In this document: one piece after another, positions 11,629 through 25,487 of the stretch
Layout: each line of letters opens with the position of its first letter
Position numbering within the stretch: the stretch's first letter is position 1
NCBI RefSeq assembly: GCF_036321535.1
Contig: NC_087436.1
Location: 24,306,001 to 24,370,000 of the forward strand
Length of the DNA stretch: 64,000 nt
Direction: 5' to 3'
Source: Camelus dromedarius
Lineage: Eukaryota
Translations under genes and position numbers: made by a program
Notes under the pieces: generated by a model
The model's input: only the letters and a program-made list of their open reading frames with translations
Database searches by the model: none
What the model was told of the DNA's origin: nothing

Positions 11629-13399
11629 TCAAGAGCCTGGAGTACAAATCTTAGCAAGCACCTAATAAACAGCTTTGTATCACTGGCTTAATTAAACTTA
11701 TTACAGACAACTGTGTCACCTGCAAAATGTGGACATTAACAACCTTGCAGGGTTAAGGTGAGAATTAAATATAAACATATATAAAGAACCTGAGTAAGCA
11801 CTCAAGAAAAATATTTAAAGAAAGCACTGTGATACCACTTACATCTTACAATATTTAGACCCAGCACAGCTTGACTGATTATAGAGATATCTGAAAGGAG
11901 AAACTTAAAGTGAATTAAAATATACAGTCAAGAAGAACTAGGGATCTAGTCTGAGATGATGTAAATGTTCTACATCTTGAAAGGGGCATAAGCTGCACTG
12001 GTATGTGCATTTGTCAAAACTAAAAGAACAGTACCCTCAAACAACTAATAGAACAGTACACTCAAAACCTATGATTTTACTGTACATAAATTATACTTTA
12101 ATTTTTTAAATGTGTTTTGAAAAAAAAATAATCTCTCAAAAACTACCTTTAACCTACCTTCCCTTTAATTCTTTTAGCTGGAGCTTCCTTTTGCAAACAG
12201 TATGTTATCCTTTTCATATACAATTTCTGGCAAACTATTATAACCATGAAAACAAATCTTAAGGATGATTTTTCTCCATCTGGTTCTATACTGTTTAAAA
12301 AAATAAGTTTCCCTCACTTCTATAATAAAAAGACAAAATAATATCCTCTGAGATAAGACTTAACAAACCAAGGCTATTTTATGGAATTTCTTAGTTGGAA
12401 GAGATCTTAAAAGTCACCTGATGCAGTGGTCACACAGCTCTTGCCTGCTGCCAGCTCACACTATTGAAATGTTTTTAGTTATACTGAGCCAAACTCTATC
12501 TCCCTCTAACTTCTGTTTATTGATTCTAGCACTGTAAGAGTTCAGTTTTCTCTTATGCAAGCTAAACATCTTTGTTCTTTTAGCTGTTTCTTATACGAAA
12601 GTCCTTTGACATTCTGTGCCACCTTCTGAGGTCAATGGAATATTGCTTCCATACTTGTGTATTTTACAAAACTAGTAAAACTGTAAAAAATTAAATTAGA
12701 TAATTTTAATGGGGTTGCTAGGTTTTTATTTTTCTGAATAAAACATTTTTTAAAGTCTGTCAGTATTTCACAAAACAAAAGGCATTTCAAAGTTTTAAAG
12801 TAACAAGTACATAGTCTCAGAATAAAACAGACAAGGTTTGTGGGAATTTTACACCAATATTTTTGTGGCGTGTCAGCATTAGGGAGTCATTGGTCTGTAT
12901 CTCTCCAAGTTTTGGGCTCAGAAGTTAAAATTACAGATAAGGTATTACCAGCAGCAGAACTGAATGTGACAATCACCATCTGCTTTCTGGATACTATAAC
13001 TGTTAGTGCATTGTAAAACATACCAAGTTTATCTTACCTTTCTTTTACTTTCCCCCAGTATTAAACTTTGTCACTTAAGAAGAGAAAGTAGAAGGAAAAC
13101 TTAGGATTCCTGCTTAATATGAGAGAACTCTGCTATAAACTCTGATTGCTTAGGGATAGGACAAAATTCAATAAAACTCAAGGTACATGCATACGATTGA
13201 GAGTCACTTATATAACAAGACCTCATAATTATTTCAAAGATAAATAATCCCAAAGAGTTTAAAGAAAACAATGGAGTGGTCATGCAACATAGAAATAGAA
13301 GTATAATCAATTATTCAATTACATAAAACCTAAATTGCGAATTATTTTAAAGCAACCACTATTATTTTCAAGCGTAGCACACAAAAACAGAAATGAATT

Positions 13400-15330
13400 C
13401 TTTACAGGATAGTGGCTGCCCCCTAATTTCTAAACACTACACAAACCCTCATAAAAACCAACAGAGCAAATAAAATCACTCATAACATTGTAAGATGAGA
13501 ATGAGTCAACTAAAAACTCCAACTTACATGTATTACATAAACATCCAAGACCAGAAGCTCCAAGTTCCAATAGGAACTGTTCAAAAGAACAATACAGCAG
13601 GGTCCTAGTGGTGAGTGAATGTAATATTAACTAGCATTCACCCAAGTTCACCCAAGCAAGAGGTCGACAGGAAGTACTCTGAGACATGATGGATGAGAGT
13701 AATGGCTACTGGAGAGTCAAAATGCAGAGGCTTAGGAAGTCTGTAAGACCAAAGGTGGCAGTTTTAGCAAGGCACAGCTTTGGCGGAAGAGACATTTTAG
13801 AAGAGTTTCTTGAAGGCTTGATGGAAGGGGTGGCACTGAAGATAAAGGCCCTCTTAAAACTATACAGAACATTGGGGTGACGGGACTTATTTTAAAAAGT
13901 TCATTTCACTGTAGCAACAAATACGGTGTTCCTGAACTAAAAGACTGAAGAAACCACCCAAACCTCACCCAAAAATAAAATTGTCTGTATTGCTGATGCA
14001 GTGAAATCCATCACAAATAACCTGAACAGAAAAAAGAGCCCAGTATCTATACCAAGTTACTTATACAAAATTGTTTAAAGTGACAATCTTTTCAGCAGAT
14101 GAAAACACACCAAAACTCATAGTGATAAAAAAGAGGAAAGATATCAACACAATACTCCACCACAAATTAGAAATAATTAAGTAACAAATGCAGATATAAA
14201 AGAACATCTCAAATCAAACATGCAAAATTTAGAATAGTATAGACAAACAATAGGAAGTTGTAAAATAGGAACAAACTGAAGTTTAGAAACAAACCAACAA
14301 AAGCACACAAAATCATCTCAGAAACGAAGACTAAATTATAAGATATATGACCTAAAGAGAGAAAATAAGACTTCTCAACCAAACAAATAAAAAGAACCAA
14401 AGGAAATGTAATAGAAAAGAATCAAAGGAAATGTAATATAAAAGAGAGGCAAAGATCCAACAGGCGAAGATGACTGAAGAATGAAACAACAGAACTAATA
14501 TTCAAAACCATAATTTTTGAATCAAAAGAAAACATCAGTTTACATTCTTAAACCACATACCAGGGAAAACTTATCCAAAACAGTTGACACAGAGACATAT
14601 TCAATTTTACAGAGAAAGAAAAACTCAAACCTTCGAAAAGAAAGACTAAGTCATCTACAAAGAAAGAAACTCAGGATGGTATCAGTAACATATAAGCAAG
14701 ACAATAGAAGCAGTTATTTTCAAGAAACTTAAGATGTGAGTCAAGGATTTTATACCTAGCCAAGATGTCCTTCAAACATCAAGACTGTAGAAAAACACTT
14801 TTAACATGGAAAACTTTAATAAGAGATTTCCACAAGCACTGCCGAGGAATCTCCACTATACAGTAAGCTTCATCCAACTGAGAGCTGATTAGGAAAACTT
14901 AAGCAAAAGGTCTGCTGGTTAATATTAACTATATTTAATTGTAGAAGTAAATCTAAAACAAAGGCATTGATGAGGAAGAATAGTACATAAAATGGCACAC
15001 TCTCACTAAGTAAAAATAACTGTAAAAAGTCAGAGGAAAAGAGAAAAAAAATAAAGTAGAATAAGCTCATTTACTGTTTCACACATAAGAAAATGGATTT
15101 AATTTAAAACTGACAAATCAAATAGCATAAAATTCAGTCACAGCATAAACTTCCCTCCCCCCTACACCCTAAGCAAGAAAAAGAGAACTAATGGAATTTT
15201 TAACGGTACAAAATTAAACAACTAAAACAAAAATATAAACCTTTCTAAATACAAAAACATATTTAAAAAAACAAAATAGAAATATTAAAGCGTATAAAAC
15301 ACATGATATGGATAACATAAAACCAAGATG
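13400..15330 (+). mobile_element. Degraded ancient L1 (ORF1 region)
   Basis: A-rich sequence with ORF1 C-terminal-like remnants at 14640-14800 (aagtcatctacaaagaaagaaactcaggatggtatcag...gattttatacctagccaagatgtccttcaa). Confidence 0.55.
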
Positions 15331-17566
15331 AGATCAAGCCAATGAAAAGGCTAATGATCTTTACAGATTATACCTATACTATCTGTGTACTAATACATAT
15401 GCTTTACCGTTTACCAGTAATTTTCATACATATCTCACTACCTGACCAGCAAGGAAGGTCAGAAAATTATTGTTTTTCTCTTTTTATTCAGATTTAGAAA
15501 CTAAGTCTCAAAAAGTGTAAAGGATAAAGTAAAGCAGAGCCAAGATTAAAATCTATAATCTTTCTTTTTCTTTCCACACCAGGCTTCCCCTATTGAGAAT
15601 CAAAAATCATTTCAAATGCAAACTGAAGAAACGTGTAATATTTTATTTCCTGTTTTAAAAATGTTATTTAGCCACCCCACAAAAACCTTAAGGATGAATT
15701 AGTCTGAAACTTTTGATACTCTGGGTACAAAGCTTCTTCTAACAATGAAAAATGCTGAAAAAAAATTTAAGTCTCCCCAGGGGTAGTTGCAACCAAGTTG
15801 GCAAAGAATGTGACACTCTCAGGTACTAGATGCAAGAAGTTTTGGCTTAGTAAATAGACACACTTCAGAGTGAAGGAAGAGCTACCCAGATCCAGGGACT
15901 GTGATCTCCGTATCAGTTAGATACATGATGGGTATTTAGAGAACATTTCAAGCATACTAAATTTCAAATTTCTTGTTTGCTCCTGTGGGATTTTGTCCAC
16001 CAAATACAGGGTGAACACAAAAATTTGCACCCAGCTGAAACGAGTTGCACAGGCATGCACAGCACAGACACACACCACAAACACCTCAGCTCCCTCAGTT
16101 CACCTGTGGGTTATAAGCCACACTCATCCACCTTTACTGTTACAACTTTCAGATTTAAGATAACTTTCCTTCCATCACTTCACAACAATTCACCAGCTGC
16201 AATCCTCCTGAGACCCATTTCCACAAGCAAACTTCAGGTCTTTTCCAAGGTAAAATGCAGTATTTATGTATTTGTTAGCCATTTACATATGTAAAACCGT
16301 GCTATCATTTTTATCAGATTCTTATCTTTGTTTTTGATTTGTCCCTAATGAAGTTTTTGAGGGTTGTGCCTGACCCATTTTTCCCACAAGCTCTGTGGTT
16401 TTTATCATGGGATACTGCATAGTACAGTGGCTTTTAGGAACCCATTTATCCTGATACAGCACAAGTAACTGTATATAAATCAATGAGAAACATACTTTTG
16501 ACAATGTAATCATAAGTACTGGCTACACTTACTACAATTTCAAAGGAGTAATTCAAAGTTTGTATCAGCTAATGTGCCTAGCATAAAATCTGGCTCAAAA
16601 CAGATGATCAATAAATGCCAGTTTATTTCATTTTCCCCTTCTTAAAGATTCTGACTCAGTTCCTGAGCACTGATAACCAAAGGAGATCTTCTAATAGTCA
16701 ATGAAATCTCTCTGAAAACTAGGGTACCATATTAAGTGGAAGCCATTAACATACAAGGAAATTGTTTTTATTAAATCAGAACCACCATCATGTGTGGAAG
16801 TATACAACCAACCCTAAGGGTTTTTTCCTAGATCTATATTTTTAAAAGAAAACTTTCATTTCTCCTTTTATGCATAATCAGATAAACGAAGTCTTACAGA
16901 TCACACACAGGAATGTTTAAATAATCTTATCTATAATAAAAACAAATGCAATCTTTAAGATTAAAATTATCACTGGCTTCAAATGAAATTATACTTTCTT
17001 CAGTAGGTTTTAGTAGAAATTTCAAATTTTCTCAACTGAAAATGTGCTCCTATTACACTTACCAAAGAAAATCTCAGTGGAATAGAGCATATCAGGTAAC
17101 AAAAACATTAATCTCTCCATCATTTATTTCTATACTGCAATTTATATTTCACTTTTAAATAGCCAAAAGATTGCTTTTGTTAAATTAAAATTTTATGTAA
17201 TTATTTTAACTCTAAATTAAGCAGTGCACAATACAATTCATATCTTACCTAAAGGGGAAAACCTTATGCAACAAGTTAAACTAGTTTTTTTTTTAAGTTA
17301 CAACTTCAATACAAGTTTGTACAGCATGTATCATAAAACAGCTTGGATGTGAATGTACAGCTGACATTCCAGGGAAATTCCCAAAAGCCAATACAGTCAC
17401 AGTATAAAATTTTCTCCCCTTTATACCTTAATATATATACTGAGAACCATCAACCTTTTAAACCTCTTTACTTGCTGCTCTTATCACTGGCAACTGACAT
17501 TCTTTCTAAAACCATTTTTCACTAAGAATCTTAAGTTCTTCTCTCTTCAATAGGGCTATTGCCTAT

Positions 17567-17698
17567 ATTGTTTGTTTTCTGAGAGGGAGGTAATGACGTT
17601 TCTTCATTGAGTTCTGCTTGGAGGAGGTACAAGGGATTGAACCCGGGACCTCTTGGATGCTGAGCATGCACTCTACCACTTGAGCTATACCCTTCCCT
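17567..17698 (-). mobile_element. tRNA-derived SINE (Vic-1-like) with 13-bp TSD
   Basis: Reverse-complement head ...gggattgaacccgggacc...ctctaccacttgagctatacccttccc. TSD GGCTATTGCCTAT at 17554-17566 and 17699-17711. Confidence 0.88.
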
Positions 17699-20016
17699 GG
17701 CTATTGCCTATGAACAGAGAGCAAAGTTGTACTAGATATGAATGCTAATGGTTGGCTAGGCTTACTGATTAGTTAAGTGGCTTGCTCGGCCACACCAGCT
17801 CTCCAGCATACCTTTCTCAAATTCCAAGAATTCAATTTGATTTTTAAATTTTCTGAAAAACACTCACAAAGCAACTCTAAATTACAAAAGTTTTCCCTTC
17901 TAACATTTTATATTCTGTCTCATAATATCATATACAGTCATCCTCATCGCTGACTCTGTCAGAATCAGCTTTAGAGCTTTATGAAACTACAGATGACTGA
18001 GCCTTACTATCTGATTCAACAGGCTCCTCATGACAAACATCCTTATTTAATCCAGATGCCATTTTTCCTCCAATGCCGAAACCACCAAAACAGAAACAAT
18101 AAAAATCTACTCTTATTATGCTTTTGTGCTGGGAGAAAGGCCATGTAAACAAACCTAATACTATGATTCATTCATAAATGAAACTTCCAAGGTCTTATCG
18201 GGTAATACAGGTTTTGCCTGATACCCTACAATTACCTCATATAATGATGTATTCTACAAAGCCAAGGCCCAGCTTAACTCCCTTCTCCAAGAATCTTTAT
18301 GCAAGCACAAAATCCAAAGATCTCTCTCTCTCTTACCATGTAGTCACTGTCTTAACACTCATTTAATACAAAAATATTTATTCAATACCTATTATGGTCA
18401 TTATTCTAACTAATGGGGGAACAGCAATTAACAAAGTCCCTATCCCATAAAACCTACATTTTAATTGTGGAAAACATGATAAATTACTTATACATATGTC
18501 AGATGATAATGTGATAGGAAAAAAAATTAAGCAAGGAAGAAAATAAGAAGGTTGAATTGAAGAGGACTTCTAGCCTCTATATAACATTTATGCAGAATTG
18601 TGAAAGAAACAAGAGAAGAAATGAGATATAAAGGTATTGGAGAGAGGGATTCTGAACAGTCCTTTGCATATGATCCCTTCTATGCCCTAGCTCTTTATGT
18701 CCAAAAACACTTTATGAACAAAGAAAATATATTTCAATCAATGCTGAGAAATGCATTATTAGAAGTAGAAACATCAAAGAAAATAAGAATATGTACTAAG
18801 CAAAGAGATTACTATAGTTAAAGTCGGTTGACGAGTAGCTTTCCAGTCCTTCAATCATATAGAATACCATGTCTGCCTCTGTGGAAACTGCTTTTAACCA
18901 GTCTTCAAATTAATAGTTGGGATGGCAACTCTATTATCATCAAATAACTTAATTTGTGTAATCCCCAATAAAAGCCAGAGACTGCAAGGCTTTGAAATGC
19001 TCGCAGAATCAAATGTTAAATTCAGTTCCCTATTACGCTTCTGTCTGCTTTTCTGCACATACAGTGTTGTCTACTTTTGAAAACTAAACTGTATTCTTTT
19101 TTTTAACCAGAGTACTCTATTCTCCAAATAATCTACATAAACAAGAATTTTAACCTACTCTTAACCCAAAAGTATCACTTAAACATTTCAGTCTCTAACA
19201 CAACAAAGCATTTAAAAATGTATATGCTTTCTGAATTTACATAAAAAACATATACTTATTTGTTCATTCATACTACACCCATTCCAGAAAGGATTTAGGG
19301 CAGGAATTGAAAAGAAAACAGTGAACTTGCCACATTATCAAATAGTTTTTGCTTCCCATAAGATTTTTTATAGACTTAAAAAAAGTATTTTGTGAATTTT
19401 ATAAGAATATAGTATATTTACATTACAGCAACATTGCATTTCATTTTCTAATACACTTTAAAACAAATTTATTGTAGTTCAAACATTTGATTATCAGTTG
19501 TATTCAGAAGAAAGGGGACTTAACAGCAGGTAAAACTTTGTTTCCATTTATTTTTTCTTTGTTATATTTTAAACACATGCACTACAGGCAAAATCAATTT
19601 CAAGGTTACTGTCCACACTCAGTTGCAAAACTATTATTGTTATACAAAGTTTAAGTCAGCTGATCTTCCATGTGCATATGGAAATCTACTTATTAACATC
19701 CTAATGTCAATTTCATCCGCAACTAAATCCAACCTAAGTATCATTAACTGTACAGACAGTACTTTTTTCCAAAAGCAATAAATAACAAAATAATTTACCT
19801 ACATCTGTGAGTACCTACAATATACACAGCCATCTAACAATTACTACCACTCCTTTTACCTAACAAAAAACTAGGCAAATGTGGTGTTAAGTGCTCTGAA
19901 AAAACAAGTTTTGATTCCTGACTCTTACACTAGCTGTTAACCTTAATCTCAATCTGCTTCTTTAATAAAAATATCCCCATCTTGAGAAGTTTTGAGACTA
20001 AAGAATTCTAGTAAGT

Positions 20017-20215
20017 GCACTGTCCAAAATGGTAACCATTCACCACATGTGGCTATTTGAATTTAAATTTAAATTAATTAAAATGAAAAATCCAGTTCCT
20101 AATCACACAAGCCATATTTCAAGTGTACAACAGCCACATGTGGCTAATGGCTATCATAATGGACAAAGCACATACAGAACATTCCCATCATTGCAGAAAG
20201 TTCTACTGTGCTGTA
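20017..20215. mobile_element. MER3/MER33-like DNA transposon
   Basis: gcactgtccaaaatggtaacc..ccacatgtggctattt...cagccacatgtggctaatggctatcataatggacaaagca...agaacattcccatcattgcagaaagttctac. Confidence 0.8.
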
Positions 20216-21499
20216 CAAATGCTAAGTTTTCAGTAAATCACAAATATTACCACCATGCTATGTTAACTTCTCTCACCACTTTTCTGAGAAAGGAAAAATT
20301 CTATTCTAACTTTTAACTAACAACATAAATCATTCAGGCAAAAGTCTAAAAATAGATTAACGATGTACAATGTTTAAGTACTCCTAACTTAGACTTTTTT
20401 TCTTATAGCTCACATTAACATCTGAAGAGAAGAGAGAATAAAACAACAGCAGCAACAGTCACCAAACTAGCAACTTGATTTTGAGGCATTAGGGTACGTC
20501 CAACTTGTCCAAGTGGGCTAAAATCCAGAAAGGTGTGGATTTCATTCTACCCTAGCAACCTCATTGCTCCTACCCTTAACTTATATCCTAAGAAAGCAGT
20601 GTAAAGATCTGGTAACGCCCCTTTAATTACTTAGAGAAACAAACAGCATCATGAGTAGGCAAAGCCACAATTTTCTAATGATTTAGTTTACCAAATTATT
20701 AAAATACTATGTAATTACAGCAACAAAAAGGCTTCTGACAAACACAAACAACTCTTCTTTAAACTAAACTCCTACATAATATCACATTAAATTCATCACC
20801 TGCCCTTTCTATAACAAATCATAGACAAGACACATTTTACAGACTTTTTGACCAACTTATGGCACTGCTTTAGCCAGAAAACAGTAGGGTAACATAGGAA
20901 AAAAGATGGGCCACATATGCAACAAAACTAACTTTAGGTATCAACTAGACTAGAACAAGCCAGGCAAATACACTACAGAAACTGAAACTTCTTGCAAAGT
21001 GACGTGTAAACCAGGTTTCCTTCGAAAAACTAAGGCAAAAACATACTCCATTATTTTGAAATTGAGGTTTTTCAGATTGAAAAAAAAAATACAAACTAAC
21101 TTCATTCCTACCCAAGTTTCCTACAAACAAATATAGTACAACTAACAAAAACTGAATGCTCCTGGAATGATTTAAGTTACCAACCTAGCAACACTTGATT
21201 ACAAAGGGGGAGGGTAGGGAGGAGCTTAAAATCAAAAACGCTAACTACTACAAATACTGAGGAAGCAGAAGCAATTTTGAAAAAGCAAATACTAACCATA
21301 ATTTTGGTTAGTAACATTTTCTTCAACCTAAATGTAAAAGAATAAGGACATTATATTCCCTTTTGTTTAGTGGTATTTCACATTTCTCCCGCATACACCT
21401 TATGATAAGAAATCCTTTAGCACTTTGATTTTAGCAATGAACTTAAAGGTTTCTCCGCATTATCACCACCAAAAACAAAAAAAGTTTAAGATGTTTAAT

Positions 21500-22380
21500 C
21501 AAAAACTGCTTTTCTGTGAATGGTTAAACAATGGTGCATCCATATCACCAAATTCCATTCAGCAATTAAAAAGGACAAACTATTGATTTCTCCAACATCT
21601 TGGGTGAATCTCAAGGTTGCAAAAAAAAAAGCTAATCCTAAAAAGTTATATAGTGTATGATTCTTTTCAGTAAACATTCTTAAAATAACCAAATTATAAA
21701 AATAGAGAACAGATTAGTAGTGGTTGCCAGAGTGCGGAGGTGGAGGAGATGGGAGGGATGGGGGGGGTTCTAAAAGGGCAACAGAGAGATCCTTGTGCTC
21801 ATGGAACTGTTCTGTATATTGACTGTAGTGATGGTTATGTAATCTACACATGTGATAACATCGCAAATGACTACATATACACACAAATTGGTACAAGTAA
21901 AACAGAAAAATCTTAATAAGATTAGCAGACTGTATCAATGTTATGATATTGATAATGCTTTGCAAAGCATTAGCAAGGGAAAACTGGGTAAAGGGTACAA
22001 GGCAATCTCTATTATTTCTTAATGTGTGACCCTACAGTTACCCCAAAATTAAAAGTTTAATTTTTTAAAAAGTGCTGCCCTAATAACTGAAAAAACTTGA
22101 GTATGAACTGGATATTAGACAATATTAGGGAATGGTTGATAGTATTATGGTTATACAAGACAATATCCTTATTCTTAGAAGATGCTTCCTGAAGCATTTA
22201 GGGATAAAGTATTAGGCCTGCAACTTATTTTTAACTCTTGTACATAAGTATGAGGAGAGAGAGAAAGCAAATCTGGCAAATTGTTAAATATTAAATTTAG
22301 GTAAAGGGTTTATGAGGGCTCCTTGTACTCTTGTCTCAACTTTTTAATTTGAATTTTTTCAAAATAAAGAATTGGAGAGG
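21500..22380 (+). mobile_element. L1MC/L1ME-like 3' end fragments
   Basis: atggttaaacaatggtgcatccatatcacc...cagcaattaaaaggacaaactattgat...gagaacagattagtagtggttgccagag...tttcaaaataaa. Confidence 0.75.
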
Positions 22381-23379
22381 AAGGTTAAACACAAACTGCT
22401 ACCCTAAAATGATGTTATAGTCGAAACCACACACCAATTAGTCTTTTTAAATGTTGAAAAATAAATAAACTGTTCTGGCAAAACTTTGCTATAGTCCCAC
22501 CCACACGCCAATTAGTCTTAAAACCAAAAAAAAAAAAAGCATTAAGAATTTCAAGGTAACTAAGAGTGATTACATAGTACTGGATGTGACTTTCATGTTT
22601 TTCCACACGAATTGACTAAATCTGTAGGCATATGGATGTTTTTGTAAAATCAAATTTAGTTCAACATGGATTAGTGTCTTGTGTCTAGAAAACCTGGATC
22701 CCCAGAATTGTTATACTTTTTAAACAAATGAAATAAATATAAATTACAAGAGGAAAAAACTAACACTTTGACAGACTCTGTAAATTTTACGTCTTAAGTT
22801 TGGCAAATTCTTTCTCGAAGAACTGTTTGCATGAAAGCGGCAACCCACACACTAAATGCCAAACAAAAAATGTGCTACAATTTATTAATTATAGTAGCCA
22901 AGCTACAAAGTGTTTATTACAATGTAAACAGTCCCTCCAAACATCATCGCATTTATGGTATTAAAAAATACGGGCTGCACACATTTGACATGCAGAGAAT
23001 TATCGAGCTTGAGTTAGCGTCAAAAACATCCATTTCAAAAGTCCCTATATTCTCTTTTCTCTGCTGCTAATTTTTTGCATCAGTGTTAATGCACTTCAGG
23101 CTGTAAGAAAATCCGTGTCTAGAACTTCTCAACTAAAAGCTCTTAACTTTTCACTTCCTACTGGACCGCCCCCTCGCAATGGGCCCCACCCCCCGAGGAG
23201 GGTGATGGGGTGGGGCTGTTTCCCGCTCGGAAACTAAGAAATAAATGTCTTTTCCCCACTCCAGAAAGGAGGGAAAAAGAGGCCGAGAAGCTGCAGAGTC
23301 AAACATGCTAATGACTACAAGGGAGGTAGTGGCTTAGAAAGCTTCCTTTCCTCTTCCAACTTTTTTCTTCCTTCCCTTC

Positions 23380-24490
23380 TACCAGGTCATTCAGTGACCC
23401 CGAGTCGGGCGGGGACAGGTGAATCCCAAGAGGAGAGGAAGAGGGAGGGACGGACGATGGAGGGAGAGACGCGCTTGGGCAATGAATGAGCTGTGCCGCA
23501 TCCGCACCACCTGTTCCTTCCATGGGTGCCACCCCGGCCTGCCGGCAGGGTTCCCGGACCGACCGAGCCGCGACTCCTGCCCGTGCTGTCCGCTTCGCTG
23601 CTAAACGACAGGCCTCTCCTCCCTTCGCTCGGGACGAATGAAAACCGGCAGTCTAGAAGCGAGGAGAACGGGGCCTACTCCGGAACCACGGCCTCCGAAG
23701 CGTGGGGACTCGAGGAGGAAGCCTGTGGTCCCTGGAGCGCGGGCCGAAGTGAGAACCACAAGGAGGGGACGAGGGAGGGCATTCGGCCTGACTAGGAGTA
23801 CGAAGGCGGGGTCCCAGGCGAGAGTGGCCCGGTGCCCGGTGGGCCGAGGTTAGGGGTGACAGGCCCGTGTGCCGGCTAAATCCTCCTCGCTGCTTACCCG
23901 GAGCCTCACACTTACCAAGATCCGCTTGAAGAGCGCGTTCTCCTTGGGCGGGAGGCTCACGGCCGGCATCGTTCCGGCTCCTCCCGCTGCTCCCGCCACC
24001 GCCCGGCTCGGTCAGTCCGTTTGTCCGACCGCCGCCGCCGCCGTCGTTCCCCGGCTGCTTCAGCCTTGAGTGCCCCGATACACCGCCGCCACCAGGCTTC
24101 GGGTGTCACCGCGTCACCCAACCCCGACACCCCCTTCCCCTCGTTGTCTTTTTTCTTTTCTCACTTAACGCTGCCGCCGCCTCCCCCCCCCCCCACGGGT
24201 CTCCGTCGGCGGTTCACGTGGTAACTGAACAGACCGACAGAGGCAGCCAAAATGGCGGACGCGGAGGGCTTTCCCACCCGGGTCACACCTCCTAGCACGC
24301 AGGCGCGATGACCTCCTTTCCCCACCTCCTCTGTCCCGGAGCTTGCTGGGAAACCTGGAGGCCGGCTGGCTCGCGGAGGCGGCGAGGGTCGCGGCCGAGC
24401 CCGCCCATCTTTTGGGGGCGGTGTCTGGGAGGCGCCCGCGGAGCGAGGAGATAGTGGCCAACTGCGGTTCTGACCGCCTACGCATCAAAA
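23380..24490. promoter_or_regulatory. NAA15: CpG island / NAA15 promoter and 5'UTR
   Basis: High GC and CpG density around exon 1. YY1-type motif AAAATGGCGG at 24249-24258, E-box CACGTG at 24215-24220, (CCG)n tract near 24029-24043, and an ATTGG (CCAAT box) just beyond, near 24514. Confidence 0.85.
23916..23969 (-). CDS. NAA15: N-alpha-acetyltransferase 15, NatA auxiliary subunit, coding exon 1 (rest of gene is left of the window)
   Basis: Minus-strand ATG at 23969-23967 gives MPAVSLPPKENALFKRIL (54 nt), followed by the donor GTAAGT at 23915. This matches the NAA15 N-terminus as I recall it, and the head-to-head arrangement with NDUFC1 matches the mammalian synteny. Confidence 0.95.
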
Positions 24491-25307
24491 ATAGCCTTTC
24501 TACTCCTTGCTAGATTGGCCTTTCGTCCATTGGGTACACTCTCCCAGTCTGTATAATCATAGTTTGAGTCTGAAGTGCTTAAATGCAGGTGTCCAAAAGC
24601 GCTGTTTGTGCCTAACTAAGCAGCAGAGGCAGAGGGGAAATGAAGGCTTCACCCAAGTGGGGACTTGTAAACAGATATGGAGAGGATGGGGTTTAATGGA
24701 GTCTGAAAAGCGTGAAATAGTTAACCAATTAAATGGATCTAGCTGGGGTATCGGTGATTTAGTTTATTACTTTAAGGCCTGGAAAAGTAGTCAGCCAGAT
24801 CCGAAGTGCCATGTTTGCACTGTCAGAGAATCATCTGAAGGTTAAAGAGTGTTTTTATTTTATCACTGAGTTCACACAATGCAGGGTTGAGGACTGTATG
24901 AGTCACCTTGGGGTAGTGGAGAATTCAAGGTCACTGACTCCCCGTCACTAGAAATCTTCACATCTTAGGAAGCCGAAGAGTATCTGGCAAGAATACTAGA
25001 AAACTGCTTCAGTAAGCAAGGTCAGACTGGATATTGAATAGTGCCTCTTCCAAGTCATTTCATTAGCAATCGACAGTAAAGCCATTTAAAATGTGGCATT
25101 CTATTGATGACTACAAATTTTCCCATCATATGAGCTATTTTCACCCTTGATTGTTTTTGATTCTCTCTCCAGATCCTGAATCCGATCAGTAGTAGCATTC
25201 TTTGCATCATGAATCATTAAATAATAAGTGCAGTAGCTTGGCTCTTTTAATCATATTTAAAGAGGTTTTTGGGGTGTTTCTGGTTTTTGTTTTTTGTTTT
25301 TTTTTTC

Positions 25308-25487
25308 ACTGTTTTCAGCTTGCTCTTCTTTAATCCTCTATGGAAAGTGTGAGTTGAGTAAGATGTTTGCCAGTGTAAAAATCTGAGACTAATGTGTGGG
25401 TTTTCTAGCTGCTATCTCGAATGCTCTCTCCTTTTGCCTGGATCATAAATAAGGTTTTAACAGTCAAATCCTGGAATTTCCTCAAAT
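25308..25487. repeat. Copy 1 of a diverged ~180-bp local duplication
   Basis: Collinear with 26635-26814 (e.g. ttgagtaagatgttt.ccagtg.aaaaatctg, ggttttctagctgcta, aggtttta.cagtcaaat). Confidence 0.85.

Noticed and set aside
1..23915. Further NAA15 coding exons (e.g. exon 2, recalled as RCYEHKQYRNGLKFCKQIL...)
   Set aside because: Not found by eye on the minus strand; exon 2 presumably lies left of the window.
23308..24488. Multiple overlapping ORFs in the NAA15 CpG island (likewise 28466-29158 and 38905-39490)
   Set aside because: Expected from stop-codon scarcity in GC-rich DNA; only the spliced exons listed match known proteins.
25308..25487. H/ACA snoRNA interpretation of the duplicated element
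   Set aside because: The plus-strand ACA in copy 1 is GCA in copy 2, and I could not see a convincing two-hairpin fold. It is kept only as an unexplained duplication.
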